This document shows, piece after piece, positions 50,460 to 63,569 of a DNA stretch of 64,000 bases. The first letter of the stretch is position 1. Each line of letters starts with the position of its first letter. This DNA is from the human T2T-CHM13v2.0 reference genome, Homo sapiens: NCBI RefSeq assembly GCF_009914755.1, contig NC_060931.1, one strand, 5' to 3'. The notes beneath the pieces are model-generated. The model saw nothing but the letters and a program-made list of their open reading frames with translations, was not told where the DNA came from and did not search any database. The translations under genes were made by a program, and so were the position numbers.

Positions 50460-52078
50460 CTCTAACTATTCAATAAAGGATAGATGGTCTTTTCAACAAA
50501 TAGTGGTAGAGCAATAAGACATTCATAGGCAATAAGATAACCCTCATAGCTAACACAAAATTAATTCAGAACAGACTACAAACTTAAAAGTAAAACATAA
50601 AACTATAAAACTTTTAGAAAAATCATAGAAGAAAATCTTCAGGCTGTAAGGTTAGGTGAAGAGTTTTAGACCTAACATCAAAATCATGATCCATAAAAGG
50701 AAAAATTGATAAATTGGACTTTATCAAAGTTAAAATTTTTTATGCTGAGCAAAACTTTGTTAAGAAGATGAAAATAGGCCAGTCGCGGTGGCTCACACCT
50801 GTAATCCCAGCACTTTGGGAGGCCAAGGTGGGTGGATTGCGAGGTCAGGAGTTCAAGACCAGCCTGGCCAACATGGTGAAACCTTGTCTCTACTAAAAAT
50901 ACAGAAATTAGCCAGGTGTGGTGGCGGGCGCCTGTAATCCCAGCTCTTTGGGGAGGCTGAGGCAGAGAATTGCTTGAACCCGGGAGGTGGAGGTTGCAGA
51001 GAGCGAGACTCCATCTCAAAAAAAAAAAAAAAAAAAGATGAAAACAAAGACTACAGGGTGAGAGACTCAAACCACATATTCAGTAAGCTATCCAGAATAT
51101 ACAAAAAGAGCTTTCAAAACTCACCAGGAAAAAAATCAAACAATTTAATTAGAGCATGAGCAAAAGACATGAAGAAATATTTCACAGAAGACATACAAAT
51201 GGCAAATAAGCACACGAAAGGATATTCAGCATCACTAGCCACTAAGAAAATGCAAATTAAAATGATAAGATATAACTATACACCTAACAGAATGGCTATG
51301 ATAAAAACTAGTGACAAGATCAAATGCTGGTGAGGATGCAGAGAAATTGGATCACTCACACCTTGCTGGTGCTAATGAGGAACAGCACAGTCACTCTGGA
51401 AAACAGTTTGGCAGGTATTTTAAATATCTAACATGCAACTCTCATGCAAACAAGCAGCTGTACTTCTGGGCATTTGTCACAGAGAAATAAAGATTTCTGT
51501 TTACATTGTAACATTATATGAATGTTTATGGCAGGTTTATGAATGATAGTTCACAACTAGAAACATCTGTATGTCCTTCAGTGGTTAATGGCTAAACAAA
51601 CAGTGGTACATCCACAATAAAAAATACCTAACTACTGATGCACGTAACAGCTCGGATGAACCTCCAGAGAATTAAGCTAACTGAAAAAAAGCCAGTCCCT
51701 ATAGATTACGTATTCCATGATTCCATTTATATAACATTCTTGAAATGACAATTTATAGAAACGGACAACAAATTAGTGGTTGCCAACACTAATTTGGAGT
51801 GCAAGTGCTGAAGGACAACGTGGCGATAAAATATTCTGCATCTTTTTTTCTAACTTCCTTTACTTAATTTTCTTAGTTTTTAAAAATTGACATGTAATAA
51901 TTGTACAGATGAAGTATAACAGTGTTTTGACATGTATCACATATAGCAATCAGACCAGGGTTCTAGTTGTAATATTAAACCATTATTTTGCAAGATGTAC
52001 CATTAGGGAACCGGATAAGGAAAATATGGGATGTGTCTGTATCACTTCTTACAATTGCATGTGAAACAAAAATTAAAC
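50460..52078 (+). mobile_element. L1MC1/2-like ORF2 end and 3' UTR, interrupted by an Alu and a small antisense L1MA piece (~51860-51960)
   Basis: gtcttttcaacaaatagtg, gaagacatacaaatggcaaataagcac, ttgcaagatgtaccatt...cttacaattgcatgtgaa. Confidence 0.75.
50777..51036 (+). mobile_element. AluSg-like with an internal deletion in the right arm
   Basis: gaggttgcag joined directly to agagcgagactcc; TSD aagatgaaaa(t/c)a. Confidence 0.9.
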
Positions 52079-52099
52079 TTTTTATTATACCTCAGAAAA

Positions 52100-52470
52100 G
52101 GCAAAAGGCAGGGTGTAGAAACAAATTATTCCAAACAGAGGAAATGGCTTATGAAAAGGTTCTGGCAGGAGCAAATATTGCATACCTGATGAACTACAGA
52201 AGGTCAGTTTGGCTACAATGCTGAGAGCAAGGAGTGTGTATGTAGATCAAGGGGGCAGAAATTGAGACAGATTTTCAGGGGACAAGGTATAAGATGAATA
52301 TGGAGATGTGGGTATACTGTGCAAAGCCATGTGGACCACCTTAAAGACTATGGTCTTGATCTAAAAGCATGAGGAGTTGTTGCAATGTGGTAAACAGAAA
52401 AGTGGCTTGATTAGAATTGAATTTTTTTTTTAAATCACCAACTACAACTGCAATGGGCAAAAGTAGATAA
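52100..52470 (-). mobile_element. L2 fragment
   Basis: Purine-rich antisense L2 motifs (ttccaaacagagg, gaaggtcagtttggct, aaagactatggtctt). Confidence 0.55.
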
Positions 52471-53359
52471 CTCCCCAATATGCTGCTCACAGTTCAATTA
52501 TGCTGCTCTAGTTAAAGAGGTTCATTCCCTAATAGAGAAGCTGCCTAGAGAATCATATGATTGATTAATCAGTTGCCTTGAGCTAAATTCTCCTCCGATG
52601 TGTCTATGGGAAAATTCCCATAGAGTTACAAAGAATAAAACATCTGTAAATTGGTTTGATGTGTCGACTATTTTAATTCATCAACCAGGTATGCATGATC
52701 AAAAGCAGCTTAAGCATTCTCTGTGACCTCTACTAAAAGAAAAAGTCTTATATCAGCTTCTAAAATAAATTATTTCATAGAGACATTACAAATATTGATG
52801 GTAACAGGTTTCTCTGTAGTGTTTGCTGGAGATTTAATGCATTCAGACACAGTAAAAGAGTTGTTCATGAAAACTTATAGAACATGAAAAATGATGCCAT
52901 GCCATAATTTATTTTGTCCCAATAGGTCGTCTTTTTTTTTGAAACCACAATATTAGTGCCATTGAAGCATAATTTTATGCACTTGTTTATTGCCGATATT
53001 TTATGCAAGGATGTAATCCATGTCAATGATTTTAAATTATGATTTGTCTATAGTAAGCAACCAATTGTGTTTATTTTCTATCTTTATAAAAAAAAAGTCA
53101 AGCTAAAAGTTTTTCCTCACTGGTTTGTATAAATTACTTCTTATTTTACCATCAGAAAGACAATGCCTACATGGACAACTACCAGTTTCTCATATTAAAT
53201 AATACTTTGCTGAACATCATTTATTTTCATGTTCATTACTTCATTTAATCGTTACAATGATGTAATGAGGTATACAGAGCAGTCTATTAGTTTATTGAAG
53301 ATTATAAAGGCTATAAAGCCAAGCATTAGAGTCAGGGTCTGCACTTACAGCTCCTCCGA

Positions 53360-53610
53360 ATATTTAGCCATTAGCCATATTTGACCATAGAGCTCTTGAA
53401 ATGCACTAGTCCAAATTGAAATATATTGTAAGTATAAATTACACTCTGAATTTCAAAGATTATAAAATATCTTACTAATATTTTTAAATATTGATTACAT
53501 GTTGAAATGATAATAATTTGGGTTTATTGGGTTACATTAAATATACTGTTAAAATTAATCTCACTTTTTTCTTTAAATATAAAATTACACATGTGGTTCA
53601 CATTATATTG
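53360..53610 (-). mobile_element. MER33
   Basis: Same diagnostic attgattacatgttgaaatgataat as 455-725. Confidence 0.75.
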
Positions 53611-54590
53611 CCTCCCCAAATCTCGTTAACTGTATTTCCTACCTTTGTCTGAAATCCATGCCCTTCTCTCCATCCCCACTGCCAACACCCCAATCCAGGC
53701 CACTCATCTTTCTCTAGGAGGATGATCCCACTCTTCTCAAATCAGCTTTTCTTGCCACTTCCCACCTGCACTCTGCCCTTTACTGCAGTCAGAATGGAGT
53801 TTTTAAAATTGCAATCTGGCCGAGGCAGGAGAATCGCTTACGCCTAGGACTTGGAGACCAGACTAGGCAGCAAAGTGAGATTCCCCCCTCTACAAAAGTT
53901 TTTTCAAAATATCCAGGCATAGTGGTGCGTGGCTGTAGTCCCAGTTACTTAGGAGGCTGAGGTGGGAGGATTGCTTGAGCCCAGCAGGTCAAGGCTGCAG
54001 TGAGCTGTAATCACACCACTATACTCCAGCCTGGGTGACAGAGCGAGATCCTGTCTCAAAAACAAAAAACAAAACCAAAACTTGTAGTCTGTTTATACCA
54101 CTTCATAAGGTCAGTTTTTCCAGGGAACTCTTAATCCCTTAAGGGTTAAGTGCAATATTCTTCCTGTGATCTATGATTCAGTTTCACCTATATTCAGCCT
54201 CATATCTCCCACTCCCAACATGCTAATAGTCTCTCAGTCTTTCAGTGAGTCTCCACTTCAGGCTCCCTTCCACCTAGGGAGGACCCTTGGTATATTTAGT
54301 TTACTTTGAAACTCTTCTGCCATCTTGGTCTACTGACCTCAACTCATGCTTTAGACTTCAGCTTTAATATCACTTCCTCATGATTCCCCACAGCAGGATG
54401 CACTCCCTATTATAGTACCTTATATTCATCATCACACTCATTGTTTAATAGTCATCTTCCCAATGGACTGTAAACTCCATTAAAGCAGGACTCTGTTAAC
54501 CTCATCCACCACTGTGTTTCTAGCACACAGCTAGAACTATGTTCACAAAATAGGGACTGTTTACCAAAAATCTGATGACTGACTGACAAG
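53610..54590 (+). mobile_element. L2 3' fragment interrupted by AluJ
   Basis: ccatccccactgcc, ctgcagtcagaatgg, ggactgtaaactccattaaagcaggact. Confidence 0.65.
53818..54077 (+). mobile_element. 5'-truncated AluJ
   Basis: ggaggattgcttgagccc and aggctgcagtgagc; degenerate TSD aaaattgcaatct / aaacttgtagtct. Confidence 0.85.
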
Positions 54591-54609
54591 CCATTATATG
54601 TGGCCAACA

Positions 54610-54800
54610 TTCAGAGTAAAAAAGTTTTCATCACACACAAAAAAATCATAAGTATGAATGGATTTGTTAATTAACTTGATTTAATCATTCCATAATGACT
54701 TCAAATATATCAAAACATCACATTATACCCCATAAGTATATATAATTATTTGTCAATTTAAATTATTTTTAAAACTATGATTAATTTGAAATAAAAAATA
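54610..54800 (+). mobile_element. L1MA 3' UTR fragment
   Basis: gttaattaacttgatttaatcattcc...tatatcaaaacatcacattataccccataa. Confidence 0.7.
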
Positions 54801-55165
54801 AGAGGAAAAAAGACAAACCTCACAGATAGTTTATCAGTCGTGTTAGGAAATTTACATTTTGCTCATATGCAAAAACTGGGTGGTATAAAACCTATTAGTA
54901 CACATTGAAAAGTTTCAGGTCTCATTTATTTATTTTATTCACTCTCATCTCTGGCAAAGTAAAAAAGAAAATAAAATAGATAATTTAAGATCTGAAGATT
55001 AAATGGTCTATCCCTGCAATTTTGGAGCAAAAAGCCAAACTCACAATGAAAAGTTATTTTGTAATAAGGAAATGTGCTCAATTCATAAATGCATGTGAAT
55101 ATTTTATTCTAACAAAATAGTTAACTGAATTTAGTAAATAATTGACATCTGAAAACACACGAGGC

Positions 55166-55664
55166 ATATATACACACATATACGTATATATGTGTATTTA
55201 TATACGTATATATGTGTATATATATATACGTATATATGTATATATATACGTATATATGTACATATATACATATATACGTACATATATACATATATACGTA
55301 TATATATACACATATATACGTATATATATACACATATACGTATATATGTGTATATATGTATATATGTATATATACATATATGTGTATATATACGTATATA
55401 TGTGTATATATACACATATATGTATATGTGTATATATACGTATATGTGTATATATACATATATATGTGTATATACACATATATATGTATATATGCATATA
55501 CACACATATACACATATATGTATATATACACATATATATGTATATATGCATATACACACATATATACATATATGTATATATACATATACATGTATATACA
55601 TATATACATATATATACACATATATACATATATATGTGTATATATATACATATACATATATATA
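55166..55664. repeat. About 500-bp TA-rich VNTR (TATACG/TATGTG/TACACA units) at the tail side of an AluJb
   Basis: Direct. Confidence 0.95.
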
Positions 55665-55669
55665 TTTTC

Positions 55670-55939
55670 TGGATCTGTCGCCCAGGCTGGAGTTCAGTGG
55701 CGCGATCTGTTTTCACTGCAACCTCTGCCTCCCAGCCTTAAGCCATCCTCTCACCACAGGCTTCTGAGTAGCTGAGACCACAGGCGTGTGCCACCACACC
55801 CGGTGAACTTTTGTATTTTTAAAGAAACTGGGTTTTGCTATGTTGCCCAGGTTGGTCTTTAACTCCCGGGCTCAAGCAGTCCACCTGCCTCAGCCTACCA
55901 AAGTGCTGGGATTACAGGCGTGAGCCACCGCACCCGGCC
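55670..55939 (-). mobile_element. AluJb
   Basis: Antisense dimer ending ccggcc; gggctcaagc and atgttgcccagg. Confidence 0.85.
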
Positions 55940-56499
55940 AAAGAGAACTTTTTAATCGATCTCCTGTCGCTTCAATTCTTTCACTTCTAGGACTGTACCC
56001 TAGCATCATCTAACATAAGTTCTTAAATGTCCTTCATTTAAAAAAATAATCTTTATTGAGCCCTGCTTTCTATGCCAGGTCTCATTCTATTGGCCACTCT
56101 TCATTTCTCAGCAACTTTAATACTTGAAAGTATACAGGGCTTGTGGGGTACCGAGTGTCTCTGCTATCTGCACGAAGTCCCTCCAACTCTTCTCAGTGTA
56201 TAGCTTTCATTTCACATCTAGGACTGTTCACACCTTATCTGAAAGTCACCAATGACTGTCTCCTTGGCCAGTTTGCTCCCCTTACTCGCTGCAGGATTTG
56301 ATATATTCAGCAAACAAGTGTCTACAATTTTTTATGTTTTTCTGATTTAAAAACAGTGCATAATTTTTTGAGAAACTTAGGTAAATACTGTGAAGTCTGA
56401 ACATGTGGAATAGTGGTCCATAATCTCATCACCTCATACCTGTGTGAACTTTTTATATCATTCTTGTCTTCTGTGATTCTTTAGAACCTTCTTTTTAAT

Positions 56500-57080
56500 T
56501 TAAAAATATCTTACTAAATATAGGCATATATATTTTTCTGTAGTCATTAAGACCATTTTAAAACATACTTTTCATGTTATGTATGATATTTCTCTTAACT
56601 ATTTCCTATTACTGGACATTTATATTATTTTAAAATTTCCTATATTATAAATTAAGCTGTTATACACATTTTAGGCATGAATTTTGTTATTTAAAATTAA
56701 TAACTTGGGGTCATTTCTTTGAAGTGGAATTAATAGATCAAACAGAATAATATTTTTGTCTCTTTATATAAGGTATTAATTTCACCCATATACATCCATT
56801 AGCAATGTATGAATGGGGCCATTTCTCTACATACATTAAAGCATTAAAGCACTAAAAAGTGTATATTTTTGAGTTACTGATTTTGAAGCCAAAATATTTA
56901 TCTTAATTAACATAATACTAACATTGTTAAAATATTAATATTAACCATTGTTTTTCCTTGTTTTAAATTGGCAGTTCATATCCTTTATGTAATTATTCAT
57001 GGGTATCTCAATATTTTTCTTATTAATTTGTACAGGCTATTTATAGTTTAGACTAATTATTTTTTGTCGTATTTACTGCA
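56500..57080 (-). mobile_element. Old L1 (L1ME-like) fragment
   Basis: tttcctattactggacattt, gaagtggaattaatagatcaaa, attagcaatgtatgaatg. Confidence 0.5.
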
Positions 57081-59042
57081 GTCATTCCGTCTCCCTTTCC
57101 ATCGCTTTTGACATTCTACCACCGTCTGAAATATCTCATGTGTTCATCCATTAAAAAAATTTATTTCGTTAACTTAGTTCAGCCCATCACTGTCATTAGC
57201 TGAATTAATAGTCTCTGAACTGGTATTCCTATCTCCGATTATTCAGACCTGTCAATCCATTACTCATATTGTTTCCAGTTTTCTTAAAGTTCAATTTTGA
57301 GCATGCTCAAAACATGCTTAAATAATTCAAACTTTTCATTTAAGTATTTAGACTTCTTCAGAGTTTGACCCCTAAATATACTGTTTCAACTATCAGAAGC
57401 ATGTGCCTGAAACTCTAGCCCCTTCAGTCTATTTACTATGTGCTAGGTTGGCATGTAATTTTTTTCAAAAGTTCTATATGATCTTCAATAACTAGTTGAT
57501 AATCCATGTTATCTGCTAAGCCCTCAAAGATTCTCCATCTCTATAATTACATAGTACTTCATATGTCCCTCATATTTGGTATAACTTTGCTTATGTGATA
57601 GAAATTTATACATAAATATACACATATATAAATTTATATATAGAGAGAGAGAGCGCGAGAGAGAGAGCTTTCTATTCTTAGGATACTATATTCTGTGTTT
57701 GTAGAAAAGAGATTTTTTTTTGTCTCAGCCCACAGTAGTTGTTTACTAAATGCTTATTAATTGAAGTGAGATGAAATAACTAAAGCAATTGGGGTTATTA
57801 ATTCTGAAGAAGAGATTGTGACGGGTTATCCAATAGTCCTAAATAAATGAAAGAATTTTAAGCAGATGGCAATGAACAGCTGCTTTCTATTTTCACCAAG
57901 GACCAAACGAGAAGTAATTGAATGAAATTAGAGATATGAGAAATTTAAATTAAACACATTAAAAGCTTTGCTATCCGAACTTTGCCAACTAGGATACTCT
58001 AGAAGCCAATATTTCTGTTATCTCACAATAGAAATATCCAGCCTAAATGAAGGCAAACTAGAATCAAATTATATAAGTAAAATGGAGGTAGCATACTGCT
58101 GCCGAACTCCCTTGCTTACTGACACTGATTTGGAGTAACAAATTCATTTCGATCTCAGGCTCATAACATTTTTTCTTTGTGATTTATAGAAAATAATTGG
58201 CACCTTTTAGTTTCTTATCTGCTTTTTATAAGACGTAATATAGAGCTAATGAAACCTGACACCACCTGAACAAATCAGAATTGGTTATGAATATTTTAGT
58301 CTTTAAATGAATCAAAGTTTTTGCTGTTTAAAAATATCTAATTAAACTTTGTAAACAGGTAAAAAAAGAATTAGGGATAAGGTAAGGGATTAGTACACAT
58401 TAACTTAAGATCTTTAATGAAAAGATGTCTTTCATTTTCATTTTTTTCATTTAGCAAATATTGTATGTTAACTATGTGCCCTGTGCCAGCTGCTAGAGGG
58501 AGACACTGTCCCTTGCCTCATTGCATTATCTTTTAGTGTAATTGCACTTCCTAATATAAAGACCCAAATATCACTGGAAAGTACACAACTATTAAATAAT
58601 ACACAAAGTAAAATGTTATTATATCAGTATTTTCTAAAGGGCTTTCTGTAGAAAAGTACTTCTGTGGAATGTGAATAGATATTATTTGGGGAAAAAATAG
58701 TTCCATGGTCAAACAGCACGGGAAACCTCTAAAATAAACAAAATTAAACATCATTTTACAGTCTGATTTTTCAGAGCCGTTGTTCTTGTGTTTTACAAAC
58801 CTTCATTCAATACTTCATGTACAATATTTATTATTCAAAAGGCTACAAATGCTAACTCACTTAGTCCTCATAACAATCCCAAGGGTATGAATATTTTCTC
58901 CCTTTATTTTACAGATGAGGAAATTAAGACTCAGAGATTAAGTAATTTGCCAATTTCACACAACTCCAGAATCTGTCTTCTTAACAGTTTTTCCGTACTG
59001 CTGCCTTACCCTCTAAAGTGCATTTGACTATGAAATACATCC

Positions 59043-59047
59043 ACCAC

Positions 59048-59082
<35 letters not shown>

Positions 59083-59087
59083 CACAC
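59043..59087. repeat. (CA)n microsatellite
   Basis: Direct, with one interruption. Confidence 0.95.
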
Positions 59088-59542
59088 CATTTTTATTTAG
59101 CAAAACATTTTGCAGTAATAGTGGCATAAAACATATTTCAGCAATGCTGTATGTCTGTTAGATGATTGCTTTATCTCTCCCTCAAGAGGCTTTCGGTTTC
59201 CTCTTTACGATTTTGTAGGTAAAAATTCTTCCAGTGAGGGTCAAGTTCAAAGATGAGCCAATAAAATTCTATTCTAGGCTAAGAATAGAATTCTACTGTG
59301 ATCAATACTGTTGAAAAGTGTTCTCAGGGACTTATGTCTGAATTATATAAGAAAGGGATGACAAACAAGAACGGCAAGGAAAGTGACACCCTCCACTTCA
59401 GCAAAGCAGCTTCTCTCAGTGTGGCCCAGTCCTTTGTAATTTTAAGGGAGCATGAACAAGAAGGAAGCCCAGAGGTGGGAGTTGAGACTGGTAAAAGCGA
59501 CAGAGGTGAAACATCATCGAATGTCATTGTGGCTAAAATCCT

Positions 59543-60390
59543 TGTGGTAGGCAGAACAATGGCTCCCCAAAGATGTCCACATCCTGAATCCTGGAACCTA
59601 TAAATATGCTGCCTTGTGGGGCAAAAGGGACTTTGCCAATATGACTAAGTTTAAAAAGTTGACGTGGGAAACTCCTTGATTAGCCGAGTGGGCCTATTGT
59701 AATTGCAGGGGTCCTGAGTTGTGTAAGAGGGAGGCTCACTAGAGGGAGGCGAGATTATGAAGAATGGTCAAAGACATGCCATGTGTCTGGCTTTAAAGAT
59801 GGAGGAAGAGAATCATAAAATAAGTAGTGCAGGGGGCCTCTAGAAACTGAAAAGCCAAGGAAATGGATTCTTTTCTGGAGTTTTCAGAAAACACCACAGC
59901 CCTCGCTAGGCATCATGGCTCACGCCTGTAATCCCAGCATTTTGGGAGGCCAAGGCAGGCAGATCACGAGGTCAGGAGTTTGAGAACAACTTGGCCAACA
60001 TGATGAAATCCCGTCTCTACTAAAGATACAAAAAAATTAGTTGGGTGTGGTAGTGTGTGCCTGTAGTCCCAGCTACTCAGGAGGCTGAGGCAAGAGAATG
60101 GCTTGAACCCGGAGGCAGAGGTTGCAGTGAGCCGAGATCGCGCCATTGCTCTCTAGCCTGGGTGACAGGGTGAGACTCCATCTCAAACAAACAAACAAAC
60201 AAAAAAGAAAACACCACAGCCCTGCTCACAAGTTGGTTTTAGCCCAGTGAAACCTGTGTTGGACTTCTTGGTTACAGAACTAAAAGACAGTAGCTTCATA
60301 GTTTGTAATAATACAATTTTTGAGATAAAATTTGTGTTAAAACACTAAATTTGGGGTAATTTGTCACAACAGCAAGAGCAAACTAACACA
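59543..60390 (+). mobile_element. MLT1D solo LTR interrupted by an Alu
   Basis: tgtggtaggcagaacaatggctccccaaagatgtccacatcct...aactaacaca; TSD atcc(t/c). Confidence 0.85.
59904..60205 (+). mobile_element. AluSg-like with (AAAC)n tail
   Basis: Perfect 18-bp TSD agaaaacaccacagccct at 59886-59903 and 60206-60223. Confidence 0.92.
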
Positions 60391-61246
60391 ATCCCCTAAA
60401 GGAGCTCAGGCCACAGGAGAAAAATAATAGTTGATTCTATTTGGTGACATTTCTACAGACAAATTGTACAATAGAAAGTTTCAGGGGGCAAGAATTCTAC
60501 TTGATATCAAGTAGAGTGGGCCAGAATAAAAAATGAGTTACAGACACCTGAAATATATTTCTTGGCCACAAAGATATTTCAACTGCTCACTTGGTGGGCA
60601 AATTATTTTTAGTAAATATGATAACAGGAAAATGTAACAAAACCAAGGACTTTATAACACATAACAAATCATATCAAAGGAGAAAACATGGATTTGAGGA
60701 CCACTAGAAAACTTTTCTGTATTCCAACCTGAAACTTTGTTACAGGATTTGACAAATACCACAGTCTTGTATAAAGTGTTTGAAGTTAATTAATCAACTC
60801 AGATAGAAATACCCAACATTGCACTATTCCTTCCCCCATAGTAATTTTATATTCTTCCTAAAATACTTTCAGAATCCCTTAAAATTCTTCTCAGGGATAA
60901 ACCTTGAAATCACTACCTCAACATGATGATTTTTGAAGATTTATGATGTGTAAAAAAAAAATAAGCCTCATTCTGTAGTGAGTTCACTTTAAAAGTGTCT
61001 CTTAAACACCCGACCAAATGCTGTTTGTTTCTTATGAAACATTGCGTAGTCTCAGGTTCCTGATCCAGGTGTACCTTTCTTTTTCATCTTGCTAGGAATC
61101 AGAACAGTTCTAAAAATTGACTGGGAAACCAGGGGACTATTTCCAGACTGGTCACTGATAGTGTAACCTTGATAACTACTTTATCCATTCAAGATCTTTA
61201 TTTTCCTTTTAGAATAATTATTTTCATTTGCTATTAAGAACTCAAA

Positions 61247-61339
61247 AGGCTGCTTTGCCTATGGAGGAGCCATTCTTTTATTCCTTTACTTTCTTAATAA
61301 ACTTGCTTTCACTCTACTGTGAAAAAAAAAAAGAAGAAG
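61247..61339 (+). mobile_element. Polyadenylated retrocopy of a MER41-type LTR 3' end
   Basis: gctgctttgcctatggaggagccattcttttattcctttactttcttAATAAActtgctttcact then an A tail; TSD aagaactcaaa at 61236-61246 and 61340-61350. Confidence 0.75.
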
Positions 61340-62560
61340 AAGAACTCAAACAAAGGTTTTTGCACGTTCAGCAGCAGGCACTTTGGTGAAATAGAGAAAT
61401 GCATGATTTCAATACAGTTTTCTCAATTATTGCTTCAAACTAACCCTGCAGGATGTATATTAAAGCAATTTGAAGTAGGTTTGTCCTTATGAAACGGAAA
61501 CTCAGAGCAAAGGTTCAGGATAAGTTTTGAAGTGAGTGGTAAGGTTTACTTATCTTGCAAATATGTATATGCCTGTTACCAAAAATCCATGTTCTTATAC
61601 ATAATTTTAAGCAAATAACAAAGACTGAGTCTCCTTAGCAAGTAGAATGTATTGGCCACAATAATAAACACTGAACAAGATAATAGCATATTAAATTATA
61701 AATTGCAGTAGTAAAGTTAAGAAAAGTAAAGTAAATCTTGAGAGAAAGCAAGATTAACAACAGGTTGCTTCAGCATTACTTTCCCTCAGATAAAATATAT
61801 ACAAAAAGTTTCCTTTTTGTTCCCAAAAGGCATCTCTCTGTCTGTAATAATATTATAATCACCCTTTCCAAATAAGCTTCTAATTTCAAATTGAAGCTGA
61901 AAACATGATGTTTTTCTTTTACCTCAAGGAAACCTACATTTTATTTTCTTTGCTATGCGTTCTTTTTTATCATAAGATGTTTCTAGAATATAACATAATT
62001 TTCTATCACAAAATTCCCTTAAAACGTATGCAGGTATATCTCAAGTGAATAAAAAATGTATAAAGGAAAAGAAAAAATAGAAAAATTGTTCATGTTTTTG
62101 AATCAATGAGACCTATACTGGTAATATGAGCAGTGGAAGAGTTGGTAAGGAAAATAAAGGTTGAATAAAATCAATTTCCCTAATTCTCTTAATCTCTAAT
62201 GCTAACGGGCATGGACCATCTAAACATTTAACATACACATACCTTTGTCATACACTGTCTTGTCTTGTTAAAAACTGTTGTGCATTAAACTCCTGCTCAA
62301 TTTCAAGTTTCATAATGTGTCAGCCCTATGTCTTATTAGTTTTTTATTTCACCTGTACCAAGAAAATGTTGCATGCCTCCACAGCACAAACTGTCATGAA
62401 ATTTGAACCCAAAGGCTGTGGCCAATTATGTGACATCTCACATATTTTGGACTTTACACGTTGTTAGTGTTGTTAGTGTTCAATCTTTAAATACTGAGAT
62501 GACTAGAATGCTTGCAAGGCTTCGGCCTCAAAGACATCTAATGCAAAATTATGGACAGAG

Positions 62561-63075
62561 TGTGGCAGGTGCATTCATTGTCTACTCAGTATCTACTTTC
62601 TTCTTCATTCTAATTTGTAGTAACCCTCCCCCCACCATTTTCTGGGTTGGCATTGTGTCCAAGTAAAATGCTACATTTCCTGTTCTCACTTTCAACTAGG
62701 GGAGCCATGTGATCCTGGCCAATGAGATAGGAACAACACCTGCTTGGGATTTCTAGACGTGTTTGCTTTTATTTCTAGACGTGTTAGTAGGAAAAAAAAC
62801 CACATTTTTTTCCTACTAATCACTTTCTTTTTCTACCAACTAGAAATGCTGAGATGAGGCTAATAGTAGCACAGCCATATTTCAACGATGAGGCAAGCCT
62901 TGATTCTGAGAACTATGTGATAAGGATCACCAAGCATGAAGACTAGAGAGACTGGGATATTAATGACAGGGAAGCTGCTGATTCTGCCTTGCACTGCCTC
63001 CCTACTTTCCATCGTGTTAGGAAATTAATTGCTATTTGGTTAGACCACCAAGCAGTCTATTCATTCCAGGCACTC
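62561..63075 (+). mobile_element. Old MaLR LTR (MLT1J/K-like)
   Basis: tgtggcag...ctacatttcc...ccatgtgatcctggccaatgagat...cagccatatttcaacgatgagg. Confidence 0.6.
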
Positions 63076-63569
63076 AAAATCAGCCTTCAATGTCACATAT
63101 TTGGCCACAGCCTTCGGGTTCAAGTTTCATGATAGATTGTGCCATGGAACTATGCAACATTTTCTTAACTGAAATCAGAAGTGTGTGCTCTCGAATGCAG
63201 CCAAATTCAGTGAATTTAGTCCAACGTTCAATTGAGTCTGCAATTTTCATAGTATCCTGCTCCTCTCCCCTCCCAAAGCAAACAATAAAATTGGCTGCTT
63301 GAGTAATATTCTCACATTCAGCCGGTAGTGCTGATATCATGGGTATACTTCCTCAGCATGGTGATATGAGACACCAGAGATCTATATATGCCCTTTAGTC
63401 TGGGTGAAACCTGCAGCTTTCAGTTCCATAATGTAATCTATGGCCTTCGTCAGTGTGAAACAATCCCATTTTTGAACATCCATCAAAAGCCATCACAGGA
63501 GTGAACATCACACAAAGCAATCCAAACATAGTAAAAATAATAAGTTCAGAAGCTGATATTATACCAGTA

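Noticed and set aside
55121-55775. 160-200 aa ORFs in all six frames
   Set aside because: Same artefact of the TA-rich VNTR running into an Alu
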